Positions 18,369 through 28,157 of a stretch of DNA of 64,000 bases are shown in pieces. The stretch is taken from positions 25,144 through 89,143 of the forward strand of contig JAIBAQ010000005.1 in the NCBI GenBank assembly GCA_019695095.1, read 5' to 3'. Below the pieces are notes generated by a model. It was not told the DNA's origin and searched no databases. It saw nothing but the letters and a program-made list of their open reading frames with translations. The position numbers and the translations under genes are program-made. Position 1 is the first letter of the stretch. The number at the start of each line of letters is the position of its first letter. Source of the DNA: Candidatus Hydrogenedentota bacterium (GTDB taxonomy: Bacteria > Hydrogenedentota > Hydrogenedentia > Hydrogenedentales > SLHB01).

Positions 18369-19367
18369 ATGCGTGTATTGGTCATCGGCGGCACGGGGCT
18401 CATCAGCACGGCAATTGTGGATCGGCTTCTGGAGAAGGGGCACGACCCGGTACTGTTCAACCGGGGAGTCACGCCGGCGCGCTATAGCCGTTCGGTTGAG
18501 ACGATCGTCGGTGATCGTTCCGATCACGGGGCGTTTGCGGAATCCATGGCCAAGGATCGCTTCGATGCGATTATCGACATGATCACGTACGACGCGGATC
18601 GCGCCCGTAATGCGGTGGAGGTCTTTGGAGACAGAACGGACCACTACGTGTTTTGCAGCACGGTGTGCGTGTACGGAGGTCCTCTGACGCGAATTCCCGC
18701 CGATGAAGACGAGCCGCACCGTCCGGTGAGCGACTACGGTAGGGGCAAGCGGGACGCCGAGGCCGTATTCCGGGAAGCTCACCAGGCAGGGAAGTTCCCG
18801 GTAACGATGTTCCGGCCTTCTCACTGTTATGGACCCGGGGCGCCGCTATTGGATATCTGGGGATACAATCCAAGTCTTGTTACACGCATTCGCGAGGGAA
18901 GAGCCATCCTGGTACCCGGCGACGGTTACGGTTTGTGGCAGCCGGGGTACATCGGCGACATGGCCAAGGGCTTTGTGGGTGCGTTGGGACGTGCCGAGAC
19001 GTTTGGCAACGCCTACAATCTGGTGGGCGATGAAATTATGGATTGGCGCGTGTTTCACGAGCGAATGGCTCGCGCCATCGGATGCGAGGCCGTCATCGTT
19101 CCCATGACCACGCAGCAGATCTGCGCCGGCGCTCCCGCGGACGAAACGGTCATGTTGCGTGAGATCTTCCAGTATCACGCCGCCTATCGAAACGACCGAA
19201 CCAAGCGCGACATCCCCGATTTCCGGGACCTGCTGCCGTGGGAAGAGGGGGTTCGCCGTACGGTCGCGTGGATGGACAAGGCCAACGTTCATGCGCCCGC
19301 AGACAAGCAGCCGTGGATTGACGAACTGGCCGATGCGGCGAGGGACTTCGAGCAGTCGTTGTTCTGA
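18369..19367 (+). CDS. NAD-dependent epimerase/dehydratase (extended SDR)
   Basis: MRVLVIGGTGLISTAIVDRLLEKGHDPVLFNRG Rossmann GxxGxxG motif. AAGGAGAG RBS. Confidence 0.7.
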   Translation: MRVLVIGGTGLISTAIVDRLLEKGHDPVLFNRGVTPARYSRSVETIVGDRSDHGAFAESMAKDRFDAIIDMITYDADRARNAVEVFGDRTDHYVFCSTVCVYGGPLTRIPADEDEPHRPVSDYGRGKRDAEAVFREAHQAGKFPVTMFRPSHCYGPGAPLLDIWGYNPSLVTRIREGRAILVPGDGYGLWQPGYIGDMAKGFVGALGRAETFGNAYNLVGDEIMDWRVFHERMARAIGCEAVIVPMTTQQICAGAPADETVMLREIFQYHAAYRNDRTKRDIPDFRDLLPWEEGVRRTVAWMDKANVHAPADKQPWIDELADAARDFEQSLF

Positions 19368-19378
19368 TCACCGCCGGT

Positions 19379-19939
19379 TCAGACGAAGAACGGATTGAAC
19401 CTGCTTTCAATCGCGACGGTACTCGACGGACCGTGTCCGGTATGAATCATGGTATCGGGAGGCAAGGTGAAGATGTGCTTCCTGATAGCATCGAGTTGGC
19501 GCTTGGCGTTTTCGGACGAAGACGTCCCTCCCACGGATCCGGCAAACAGTGCGTCGCCGGTGAACGCATGACCTGGAAACACGAGGCTCAGGCCATCCGG
19601 CGTATGACCGGGGGTCTCACAGACGTTGCCCACCAGGTTCCCGACGCGCACGGTTGCGCCTTGCGACACTTTGGTAGCGTCGCACCCGCCAACAGCCGAT
19701 CTCCCGGCAAAGACGCGGGCGCCGTAACGAGCCACGACGGGAGCGAGACCGTCAACGTGATCGTAATGATCGTGGGTGATGAAGACTTGCGATAGATTCA
19801 GGGAATGGGCCGAGACGAACTCCGCTACAGCGGGGGAAAAATCTCCCGCGTCGACCAGCAACGCATCGCGAGTCTCTTCACACGCGACGATGAACGCATT
19901 CGCTTCGTTCACGTCGAGGAGGAATCGGCGCACAATCAT
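19379..19939 (-). CDS. MBL-fold metallo-hydrolase (glyoxalase II-like)
   Basis: THDHYDHVDG (HxHxDH zinc motif). Its start overlaps the upstream gene's stop (atga). Confidence 0.7.
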   Translation of the reverse strand: MIVRRFLLDVNEANAFIVACEETRDALLVDAGDFSPAVAEFVSAHSLNLSQVFITHDHYDHVDGLAPVVARYGARVFAGRSAVGGCDATKVSQGATVRVGNLVGNVCETPGHTPDGLSLVFPGHAFTGDALFAGSVGGTSSSENAKRQLDAIRKHIFTLPPDTMIHTGHGPSSTVAIESRFNPFFV

Positions 19940-20445
19940 CTCCGGACCCCCTCCAGATTGGCGTTTTCGAAATTGGCTTGACCTTCAGCACCTTCAAACG
20001 AGGCCCCCGCGAGATTGGCGCGGCGAAAGATGGCGCGACGGATATCGGCGCGCTTGAACGAAGCGCCCTGAAAGTCCGCGTTACCTGGCCGCGAATAATA
20101 GAGGAGCGCCCCGTCAAACCGCGCGTTATGGCCCTTCGTTCCGACCAAGTTCGCGCGCTGTATGTTGGCATTGGTGAGGTCGGCTTCGGAAATGTCCGCC
20201 GCACCTAAGACCGCAAATTCGAGGTCAGCCTCGGACAGGTCCGCTCCGCGCAGATCGGCGCCATCGAAGAACGTCTCCCTCAAGTTCGCGCCACGAAGAT
20301 TCGCACCGGCAAGATTGGCGCCGGAAAGCCGGGCTCCGGCAAGATTGGAGCCCCCGAGATCGCAACCGCTCAGATCCACACTGGAGAGCACTGCTCCGGC
20401 GTGTTTTCCGGCGCGGATTTCCACGGCTAACTGAACTTTATCCAT
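19936..20445 (-). CDS. Pentapeptide-repeat protein
   Basis: Tandem A(D/N)LxG pentapeptides (GANLAGANLRGANLRETFFDGADLRGADLSEADLEFA...). Confidence 0.75.
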   Translation of the reverse strand: MDKVQLAVEIRAGKHAGAVLSSVDLSGCDLGGSNLAGARLSGANLAGANLRGANLRETFFDGADLRGADLSEADLEFAVLGAADISEADLTNANIQRANLVGTKGHNARFDGALLYYSRPGNADFQGASFKRADIRRAIFRRANLAGASFEGAEGQANFENANLEGVRR

Positions 20446-20458
20446 GGTGCGGAGTCCC

Positions 20459-21091
20459 TCAGAATTCGTCCGTGTTGCCCAGCCTTTGCTCCATCCAGTC
20501 CGCGAGGTAAGCGACTTCTTTCACGGATGCCTTCATTTCATTGCACGAGACCTCTTCCACAAGAAAACAGTTCACGAGGACAAAACGCTCCTCGTCGTCG
20601 TGTCCCGTCAGGGCTATAGCTGCCTGGGCCATCTTGGCATTGGCGCGAAGCGCCCACGCGTAAGTCTTTTCGTCGGCTTTGCCGCACACGCTGTAGACTT
20701 GATACAGCCGGACTCCATCTTTCCGGTTAAGCGGTTTGACATGGACATGTTGGGAGCGTCCCGTTTTCAAGGTGACTTTGACGACGAATGCGTCGCCATC
20801 GGCGAGTACTTCGCGCTCCCCCTTCTTTTCGCAGGACCGGACCAATTCTTCCAGAGGAATTGGACCCAGGGCGTCTCTAGGGATGACGCCGTTGAGCACG
20901 GATGCGGCATGTCCGAGTGCGCTTTCGATGGATCGCCGGACATCGACATCCATTTCTTCGCGCAGTTCATGAAGGGGCGCCAAGGCTCTCATGGCTGCGC
21001 GCCCGAGAATTTCGGCAGCATCACGACGATCCACCCAGCTCGCCCGCTTGTCACGAATTCGCTCCGCCGCAGCATCGATGTCTTCAAACAT
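20459..21091 (-). CDS. Hypothetical protein (first gene of the pentapeptide/MBL operon)
   Basis: An ORF with coding-like composition, 14 bp upstream of the pentapeptide gene on the same strand. No confident domain call. Confidence 0.4.
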   Translation of the reverse strand: MFEDIDAAAERIRDKRASWVDRRDAAEILGRAAMRALAPLHELREEMDVDVRRSIESALGHAASVLNGVIPRDALGPIPLEELVRSCEKKGEREVLADGDAFVVKVTLKTGRSQHVHVKPLNRKDGVRLYQVYSVCGKADEKTYAWALRANAKMAQAAIALTGHDDEERFVLVNCFLVEEVSCNEMKASVKEVAYLADWMEQRLGNTDEF

Positions 21092-21216
21092 AGGAATTGC
21101 CCTTCCATACAGCGTTCACTTGCAGACAACAGGCCGGGCGCCCGGCCACCTAGAGTATAGCAAATGAAACGGAACGTGGTTCGCCCGGTATCGTGGTAGA
21201 ATCGATGTGGTGACGT

Positions 21217-22353
21217 ATGCGGCATAATCTGAACATAACCCGATTTCCAGCGCGGGCTTGGCGGCCAGCCATACTGTCAGTGGTGCTGTGCCTTTTTGTG
21301 CTGGCTTTGGCGGATGAGATGTATGACTACATGAGCGTCGCCGACGAGTTGAACCGCATCGGGCCTGACTATGCACGAACACGCGGCAAGCAGGCGCTCA
21401 TTGATGAGTACCGCAATCTCATCGAGGCCTACCCCGGTTATGCGAACAACATTCAGATGGAGGCGCAAATCGCGCTCATCCACGAGTGGGATCTGTCCGA
21501 AGCCGGGCAACCCCCAAATCCGGTTGCAGCCTACGAGACGCTCACGAATGTCATTAACACGTATCCAGCCGATCATCCGTACATGAAGACGGTGCGGCGG
21601 ATGGCCGCCAATCGGGCAATCCCTATTGACCCTAAGGTGGCGCAGGATATGTACGTGGGGTTGATGGAAGACTATCCGGAGGACAACGTGCTCGCGGCGG
21701 AATCCCTGTTTTCGCTGGGGCAAATAGCCGACAGACAAGGAAACCGGGCGGAAGCAGACAAGTACTACGAGCAGACCATGAACTTCACGCCTTCGGGCGG
21801 GGAGAATCCGGAAACGGAGTTGCAGGACATCGAGGCTTTCAAGCTGAATGCGGCGGCCGTCATGTTGGGGACCGCAATACAACGCTTTGATGACCCCAAT
21901 GAGCGTCTGCGCGCGCTCGAAGATTTCCTCCGGGAGCATGCTGGATTCGCGGAGCGGTTTGGCGATCTTGCCAAGCGCATCCGGGAGACGATCGAGGTTC
22001 AGATACAGCAGCAGGCCGAAGGAGCCGGTATCGCCGCCGTGCCCGCGTCGGCCACGAATTCGGGCGCAGATACAGAGCAAGCGGCCGTGCATCGGGCCAC
22101 GCATGGTGCGTCAGCCACCGGAAGCGGGCAAGGTGGACAGCAGGAAGCCGCAGATTCCTTTCATACTGCGTCGGCCGTTGGAGTGTCGCCAGGGCAGGCA
22201 TCCGCCGGGCAGGGTAGCGGCAGGCTCGGCGGGGCATTGATGAAGGCGGTGCAGTCAGTGGCTTCATCACCGGGAGCCCGTGTAGCGTTGCCGGCGATCC
22301 TGGCAGTTCTCGTCCTGGGTGTGGTCGTACTTATTAGACGCCGCTTCACGTAG
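21217..22353 (+). CDS. Hypothetical bitopic membrane protein with TPR-like helical region and Ala/Gly/Ser-rich tail
   Basis: N-terminal signal anchor (AILSVVLCLFVLALA), a C-terminal TM (ALPAILAVLVLGVVVLIRRR) and a low-complexity GSGQGGQQ stretch. Confidence 0.45.
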   Translation: MRHNLNITRFPARAWRPAILSVVLCLFVLALADEMYDYMSVADELNRIGPDYARTRGKQALIDEYRNLIEAYPGYANNIQMEAQIALIHEWDLSEAGQPPNPVAAYETLTNVINTYPADHPYMKTVRRMAANRAIPIDPKVAQDMYVGLMEDYPEDNVLAAESLFSLGQIADRQGNRAEADKYYEQTMNFTPSGGENPETELQDIEAFKLNAAAVMLGTAIQRFDDPNERLRALEDFLREHAGFAERFGDLAKRIRETIEVQIQQQAEGAGIAAVPASATNSGADTEQAAVHRATHGASATGSGQGGQQEAADSFHTASAVGVSPGQASAGQGSGRLGGALMKAVQSVASSPGARVALPAILAVLVLGVVVLIRRRFT

Positions 22354-22354
22354 G

Positions 22355-22382
22355 ACGCGGGCAGTTTCCGCGCGGCTTTTGT
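22355..22382 (+). terminator. Possible intrinsic terminator (cgcgg-gcagttt-ccgcg followed by cggcttttgt)
   Basis: A short GC stem plus a T-run directly after the stop codon at 22351-22353. Confidence 0.3.
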
Positions 22383-22494
22383 CCGCCGTATCGAATGAAG
22401 GCATACCCATCCTCCCGCCCCCTGAAATGTGCTACACTCTGCATCCGCATTTGTTGTCGTAAGAATGGAAAAGGCATAGGGGAAATCGGGCGCA

Positions 22495-23385
22495 ATGGCC
22501 AAGACAGCACGCATCATTGACGGGAACAAAGTAGCTGCCGAGATTCGGGCGGAAATCAAGGAGGAAGTGGCGCAACTCGCGAAGAAAGGAATTCGCCCGG
22601 GCCTGGCCGTCGTGCTTGTTGGAGACGACCCGGCGATGCAGTCGTATGTGCGCAACAAGCAGCGCGGATCCGAGGAAACCGGTATCGCCTTCTTCCCGCA
22701 TTTCCTGCCATCGGCCGTCACGGAACGCAAACTGCTGGGCTTGATCGAGAAACTGAACGTCGATCCGCGAGTAACCGGCATCATCGTGCAGAGCCCGCTA
22801 CCCAAGCACATTGACGAAGGCAAGGTCGTTAACGCGATTTCGCCGGACAAGGATGCGGACGGTTTTCATCCGGTTAATGTTGGGAAGATGCTCATTGGTG
22901 AGCCTGGGTATCTGCCATGCACGCCGCACGGTTGCCAAGTGCTGCTCGAACGGTATGGCTATGACCCGGCCGGAAAGCATGTCGTTATCGTCGGGCGCTC
23001 GAATATCGTAGGGAAACCGCTTGCGGCCATTTTGATGCAGAAGGCCAAATGGGCGAACGCCACGGTAACGGTGTGCCATTCGCGGACTCGGAATCTCACT
23101 TCGTACACAAGACAGGCGGACATCCTCGTGGCGGCATTGGGGAGCCCGGAGTTTGTCAAGGCGCGCATGGTCAAGCCGGGTGCAGTCGTGTTGGATGTCG
23201 GCATATCTCGCGTGGAAGACGCGACCAAGAAATCTGGCTATCGGCTCGCGGGGGACGTGCATTTCGCATCGGTGAGCAAGGTTGCCAAGGCCATCACGCC
23301 AGTCCCGGGCGGTGTGGGTCCGATGACCGTAGCCATGCTGCTTCGGAATACGGTGGACGCGGCTATACGGCTTAAGAAGAAATAG
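22495..23385 (+). CDS. folD: Bifunctional methylenetetrahydrofolate dehydrogenase / methenyl-THF cyclohydrolase
   Basis: Full-length collinear similarity to FolD (IIDGNKVAAEIRAEIKEEV..., NKQRGSEE, VIVGRSNIVGKP, PVPGGVGPMTVAML). Confidence 0.9.
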   Translation: MAKTARIIDGNKVAAEIRAEIKEEVAQLAKKGIRPGLAVVLVGDDPAMQSYVRNKQRGSEETGIAFFPHFLPSAVTERKLLGLIEKLNVDPRVTGIIVQSPLPKHIDEGKVVNAISPDKDADGFHPVNVGKMLIGEPGYLPCTPHGCQVLLERYGYDPAGKHVVIVGRSNIVGKPLAAILMQKAKWANATVTVCHSRTRNLTSYTRQADILVAALGSPEFVKARMVKPGAVVLDVGISRVEDATKKSGYRLAGDVHFASVSKVAKAITPVPGGVGPMTVAMLLRNTVDAAIRLKKK

Positions 23386-24736
23386 CCGTGACGCTTTGGG
23401 TCACGCGGCCCGTCACGTCGTAGACATCCGAATCGACTATTTCGACGGCCACAAACTGTCCGACGGCGAGCGGCGCTTCACTTTGCACGTAGACACAGCC
23501 GTCAACTTCGGGGGCTTCGGTTGCGGAGCGCCCGACGTAACAGCCTTCACCTTCGTCGTAGTCTTCGATGAGGATACGCGTGCGGGTTCCGACACGAGCG
23601 CGGTTATACGATTCGGTAATCTCGGCTTGAAGCTCCATCACGGCGCGCCATCGTTGTTCTTTGATGCGGTCTTCGATTTGGTCTTCGGCCTGCCCGGCCG
23701 GCGTATCGTCTTCCAACGAATACTGAAACGATCCCAGCCAGTTGAAGCGTAATGCAGCCAAGTCGTCGAGCATGTGCCGGTGGGCGATATCTGACTCTCC
23801 CGGGAAACCGACAATCATCGTAGTGCGCAATGCAAGCCCGGGAACAGCGTCGCGCAGGCGGCGCACAAGTTCCGCTGTGTTGGCCTCGCGGTATGGGCGC
23901 TTCATCCGTTTAAGTGTGCTTGGATCAAGATGCTGCAGCGGCATGTCCAGGTAGGGGACAATCTTCTTTTCGGAAGTCATCACGTCCAGGAACGCGTCGG
24001 TCACGCCGCCCGGGTAGACGTAGAGGCACCGCAGCCAGAAGTCGCCGTCGACGGCGCATAGGTCTCGGAGCAATTCGGGGAGGCGATAGTCCTTGCCGAG
24101 ATCGCGTCCATAGTCTGCCAAATCTTGCGCGACGAGATTGAACTCGCGCACGCCTTGGGAAACGAGCGAGCGAACCTCTTCCTGGAGAATCTGCGGCTGG
24201 ACGGACCGGTGCTTTCCCTTCATGAGCGGAATCGAACAGAAGGTGCATGCGTGGTTGCAGCCGTCGGAAATCTTGAGGAAGGTGTATGGCTTTGTATCGA
24301 GCCGACGACGCTGCATGAAGGGGTAGATGGCCACCGAGGGCACGTGTTCGACGCCAACTTTCGGCGACCCGGTTTCGAGAATCATATGTGTCAACCGCTG
24401 GAATTGGCCGACACCCACGATGCCATCAATCTCCGGGATTTCCTTCATCAGTTCGTCGGCATAGCGTTGTGCCAGGCATCCGGCTACGTACACTCGTTTG
24501 GGTCCGTCAGTTTCGGCTTTGCGTTCTGTCCATTCGACGATCGTATCGACGGACTGTTGCTTGGCATCGCCGATAAACCCGCACGTCGTGATGATCACGG
24601 CATCCAAGCCGGACGCGTTGTCGTCACCAACGGCGACCACATCGCATCCCGCAGACTCGAGTTGTCCCGCGAGATATTCGTTGTCGACGGTGTTTTTGTC
24701 GCAACCGAGGGTAATCAATCCAACGCGCATGCTCAT
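23372..24736 (-). CDS. rimO: Ribosomal protein S12 methylthiotransferase (radical SAM MTTase)
   Basis: VGLITLGCDKNTVDNEYLAGQL MTTase N domain, CNHACTFCSIP radical-SAM motif, PYLDMPLQHLDPSTLKRMKRP, and a C-terminal TRAM (ATEAPEVDGCVYVQ). Collinear with E. coli RimO. Confidence 0.85.
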   Translation of the reverse strand: MSMRVGLITLGCDKNTVDNEYLAGQLESAGCDVVAVGDDNASGLDAVIITTCGFIGDAKQQSVDTIVEWTERKAETDGPKRVYVAGCLAQRYADELMKEIPEIDGIVGVGQFQRLTHMILETGSPKVGVEHVPSVAIYPFMQRRRLDTKPYTFLKISDGCNHACTFCSIPLMKGKHRSVQPQILQEEVRSLVSQGVREFNLVAQDLADYGRDLGKDYRLPELLRDLCAVDGDFWLRCLYVYPGGVTDAFLDVMTSEKKIVPYLDMPLQHLDPSTLKRMKRPYREANTAELVRRLRDAVPGLALRTTMIVGFPGESDIAHRHMLDDLAALRFNWLGSFQYSLEDDTPAGQAEDQIEDRIKEQRWRAVMELQAEITESYNRARVGTRTRILIEDYDEGEGCYVGRSATEAPEVDGCVYVQSEAPLAVGQFVAVEIVDSDVYDVTGRVTQSVTAISS

Positions 24737-24769
24737 GAGGTCGGCACTATTTCCTTGCAGTAAGGGTCT

Positions 24770-25777
24770 CTATTTGCCCCAACGGACTTTGTGGGCGCGT
24801 TCCGCGAGCCAGCCGCATTGGAGCGCCAGGCGATCCATCCATGCGGCGGCTGAGAACCCCGCGACGATGTTTCCTTGGGCCTGAATCTGGTAGGAAACGG
24901 TCGCAATGTGTTTTACGCCCACGGCGTAGTACAGGGCAGCCTCTTCGTAAAAGGATAGTGTACGGAATCGTTGATATTGATCCAACAAGATGTCCGTGCG
25001 CTTGGCCAGACGGTCGGGCTTCATGGTTGTGCGGATGCATAGGTTGGAGATGGCATAAGACAAGTCCTCAAGGTAGCACCCGTCGCCGGCGAACTCCAGA
25101 TCGACCACGGCCACCAACCGGTCGTTCTTGTAGATGAGATTGCCGCTGTGCCAATCGCCGTGAATGAGGCCCGTTTCAAACCGGCTTCGCTTTTCAAGGC
25201 TGAGCGCTTCACCCGCATCGCGAAGGAAGAGGGCAATTCGATTGCATTGCTCATTCAAGAGATCTTGATTGCCGCCTTCCATCTTTGCCATGTCGTACAA
25301 CTTTGCGAACGCCGCGCGAGGCACTTCGCTGAAACGCCACATCTGCGCGTCGCGCTCGGGACGCGGGAAATCACGGCAGCATTCATGGAAACGCCCTAGG
25401 GCCTGGGCCGAAATCGCGAGCGTGTCGCTGGACACCTGCATCGGTTCGCCTTCGACGAATTGCTGCAGTTCCAGCGCCCATGTATTCAACTCAACGATAC
25501 GCACCCCTTTGTTCGTGGGCTGCACACGGGCGACGGGAATGCCGTTTTTCAGCAGATGCTCCGAGAGCCGGTGCTGGAAGCGCAACGCGTCGAGCACATA
25601 GGGATCCCGTTTATACGTCTTGGCCAGGAACTGCCCGACCGCGGTATTCACCAACAGCTTTTGGTGCCGGCGTTGGTGCGCGCCTTCCAGCGGTTGGGGC
25701 CGGTCAACGCGTCCCAAGTCGTAGTGATCGCGTATTACCTGCGCGATGATGTCCAGCGAGTCGAGCTTGGTAGTCAC
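24770..25777 (-). CDS. Phosphotransferase-family kinase (APH / homoserine-kinase-II-like)
   Basis: Brenner and catalytic motifs LIHGDWHSGNLIY and VVDLEFAGDG. Its start overlaps the upstream acylase stop by 4 bp (atga). Confidence 0.65.
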   Translation of the reverse strand: MTTKLDSLDIIAQVIRDHYDLGRVDRPQPLEGAHQRRHQKLLVNTAVGQFLAKTYKRDPYVLDALRFQHRLSEHLLKNGIPVARVQPTNKGVRIVELNTWALELQQFVEGEPMQVSSDTLAISAQALGRFHECCRDFPRPERDAQMWRFSEVPRAAFAKLYDMAKMEGGNQDLLNEQCNRIALFLRDAGEALSLEKRSRFETGLIHGDWHSGNLIYKNDRLVAVVDLEFAGDGCYLEDLSYAISNLCIRTTMKPDRLAKRTDILLDQYQRFRTLSFYEEAALYYAVGVKHIATVSYQIQAQGNIVAGFSAAAWMDRLALQCGWLAERAHKVRWGK

Positions 25778-28038
25778 GGAATCGTCAGGACCTTCTCCGA
25801 TACCTTGTTGGCCATCATTTCATCTTTCGTGAACCAAGTCGGCTTCATCTTGCGCTTCGAATACAGTTGTTCTCCCTGGTCCATGTAGTGTGGCGAATCT
25901 GGATTCGCGCTTTGGCCCCATGGGATCACCGTATACGACTCGATGCCGTCTTTGTGCATGAACATGAGCATGGTGGCGCAAGAACCGTCGTCGGCGATGA
26001 ATTTGCCGGGGTTGTCTTTATCCGCGGAACTGCGCACGTCGAACAGGGTCTCGGTCATATTGGAGCCGCTGGTCGATCCGCCGAAGTCGGCTCCGGGAGC
26101 GGGATAGAACTTGCCGCCTCGTCCAATGCGATAGACATCGCCCCAGGGGACGAGCACCGAGCCGTATGCGTTCTGCACCTCGTTGATGGATTCGGCCAGT
26201 ATCGCGAGCATCGTCTCCTGGTCGGTGCCCGACAAGGGTTTGCCGTCAGCGATCGCGGCGGTATCGATTTTGTTGTTGCACTTCATGCGCCAGGTCTTGT
26301 AGAGCACGGTTGCAGTTCGATCAGGTTCAAACTGGCCGTCCCAATCCAAGATAGCCTTGACAGCGTCTGCAAAGCTCTGGTCACTCATGCGCGTCCAGCC
26401 GGCTTTTTCGGAGGCGGTTTTCAAGGCAGCCTGCCACGGTTTGGCGAGAACGTCGTACACGTTTAGGGCATATTCCATGGCCTCGTCTTTTGTCACCGAG
26501 TCGTCGGAGTCCAGCAGAGCAGTGATTCGTTCGCTGCGCCGATTTTGCGTATCCCACGTGACGTTATAGATGTAATCCGGATACTTTTCCGGCGTCATCG
26601 TGCTGCCCTTCATCATATTTGCGGGGCTTATGTTGCAGTTCTGCATGTAGCCTTGCGTGGGATTCTTGATTTGCACCAGGTCTGCAATAGGATGAATCCC
26701 TTTCCACATGGAGGCTTCGGAGGCAGGCACCGGGGCGTTCCAATCGAAGCCGGAAGGCCGAATCGGCGTGCGGCCGTTGCGCACGTACTGAATGTTCCCT
26801 TCTCTGTCGGCAAACATCAGGTTCTGGTCCATGAGCTGTAGCATGCCAGCCGCTTCATAGAACTCGTCGCAATTCTTCGCGAGACACATCTTGTAGGATT
26901 GCTCGAAGACTCCTGTTTCCTTGAAGTACGGCGATGCCGCCACATAGGCAATCCCTGCCTCGGCGTCGAGATCCATAACGGGCCCCAATTCCGTATCCGT
27001 CGTGGGCTGTTGTATTGCCGCTTCACCCTTGACCTCGATGTTCAGCATACGAAGCTTTGCGGGGTGCCATTCCCCGTTGAGCTCGTATTTTGGGCTTGCC
27101 ATATTCGACAGGTCGACTTTGATCTCATAGACGTCGCCTGTATCTGGGCCGCCCGTTGTGGGAGCCCAACCGACGCTCTCGGTATGGCCAAATGCCATAA
27201 TCGGGGAACCGACGAGGAAGAACCCGTTCATGTGTAGCTTTGCGCCGTGTACGCGCGCCTCGTAGAAAACAGAAAGCCCTTCCCACGAGACGTGAGGATC
27301 GGTGAGGAGTATCGCGCTTCCATCTGCGCTTCGCGATGGCGAAACCGACCATTCGTTTGACGCGCCTGTTCTCTTCTTCTTGTGCTCGAGGTCGCCGAAC
27401 ACATTGCCAATTGGCCACCGCAGGATCATGGCGCGCCCGACGGCGGCACACTGCCATCCTTCCAGCTCAATTGCCCAATCGGGGGCAGGGGCGGGATTTT
27501 CCGCGATATACGCCTTGACTCCAGCCATGAAGCTTTCGCCCAGTGCGGTAAGCTCAGACGGGGCGTCATCCCAGTAGTTCTGGCATATTCCAGCATTATC
27601 GACAAGCTGCATCGCTTGGTCGCCCATTTTGGCGTCTTTACCGAAGTACTTCGCGGCACTGCCGCATGCGATGCGGATGTTTGCGTACATATCCGCGAGG
27701 CGATCCTCTGCTTGCGCATAACCGAGTCCGTAGGCGGCGGCTTCGTCGGAATCGGCATAGATATGGGGAACGCCCCAGGTGTCGCGGTAAATGGTGACGG
27801 TTTTCGCGGAGGGTTTCGGCGCTTCAGGTGCTGGAGCAGGAACGGGCTCAGCCGCTGGCGGTGCTACCGGCGCGCTGGGCTGGGAAGGGGGTGGTGTCTC
27901 TGAAGAAGGTTTTCCACAGCCTTGCCATCCCAGCACCACAAGAAATGCGCATAATCCGAGCGATACCTTGAGTCTCATGAGGAATCTCCAAAATTGCATG
28001 ATCTTACCGTGCGTCCTAAGCCATACCCCGAATGCCAA
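25774..28038 (-). CDS. Penicillin-acylase-family Ntn hydrolase (possible AHL/penicillin acylase), secreted or lipoprotein
   Basis: Signal peptide ending LGWQGCG. Beta-subunit N-terminus SNEWSVS...ILLTDPHVSW (the Ser-Asn nucleophile context of penicillin amidases). About 750 aa, typical of the family. Confidence 0.8.
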   Translation of the reverse strand: MAFGVWLRTHGKIMQFWRFLMRLKVSLGLCAFLVVLGWQGCGKPSSETPPPSQPSAPVAPPAAEPVPAPAPEAPKPSAKTVTIYRDTWGVPHIYADSDEAAAYGLGYAQAEDRLADMYANIRIACGSAAKYFGKDAKMGDQAMQLVDNAGICQNYWDDAPSELTALGESFMAGVKAYIAENPAPAPDWAIELEGWQCAAVGRAMILRWPIGNVFGDLEHKKKRTGASNEWSVSPSRSADGSAILLTDPHVSWEGLSVFYEARVHGAKLHMNGFFLVGSPIMAFGHTESVGWAPTTGGPDTGDVYEIKVDLSNMASPKYELNGEWHPAKLRMLNIEVKGEAAIQQPTTDTELGPVMDLDAEAGIAYVAASPYFKETGVFEQSYKMCLAKNCDEFYEAAGMLQLMDQNLMFADREGNIQYVRNGRTPIRPSGFDWNAPVPASEASMWKGIHPIADLVQIKNPTQGYMQNCNISPANMMKGSTMTPEKYPDYIYNVTWDTQNRRSERITALLDSDDSVTKDEAMEYALNVYDVLAKPWQAALKTASEKAGWTRMSDQSFADAVKAILDWDGQFEPDRTATVLYKTWRMKCNNKIDTAAIADGKPLSGTDQETMLAILAESINEVQNAYGSVLVPWGDVYRIGRGGKFYPAPGADFGGSTSGSNMTETLFDVRSSADKDNPGKFIADDGSCATMLMFMHKDGIESYTVIPWGQSANPDSPHYMDQGEQLYSKRKMKPTWFTKDEMMANKVSEKVLTIP

Positions 28039-28157
28039 CGGTGACGCGCATCACATGGCCATCGCGTCATCGCTGGCCACATAAACTCGCCGGGCACACG
28101 CAGGCCAGTGTGTCACAATGGTCAGGGCTCGTCAACCGCGTGTGGAACGACCACCTA

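Noticed and set aside
21277-22104. 275-aa minus-strand ORF, and ORF 20444-21160 (+)
   Set aside because: Both are antisense to genes with better coding signals (the TPR-like membrane protein, and the hypothetical operon gene). No motifs are present.
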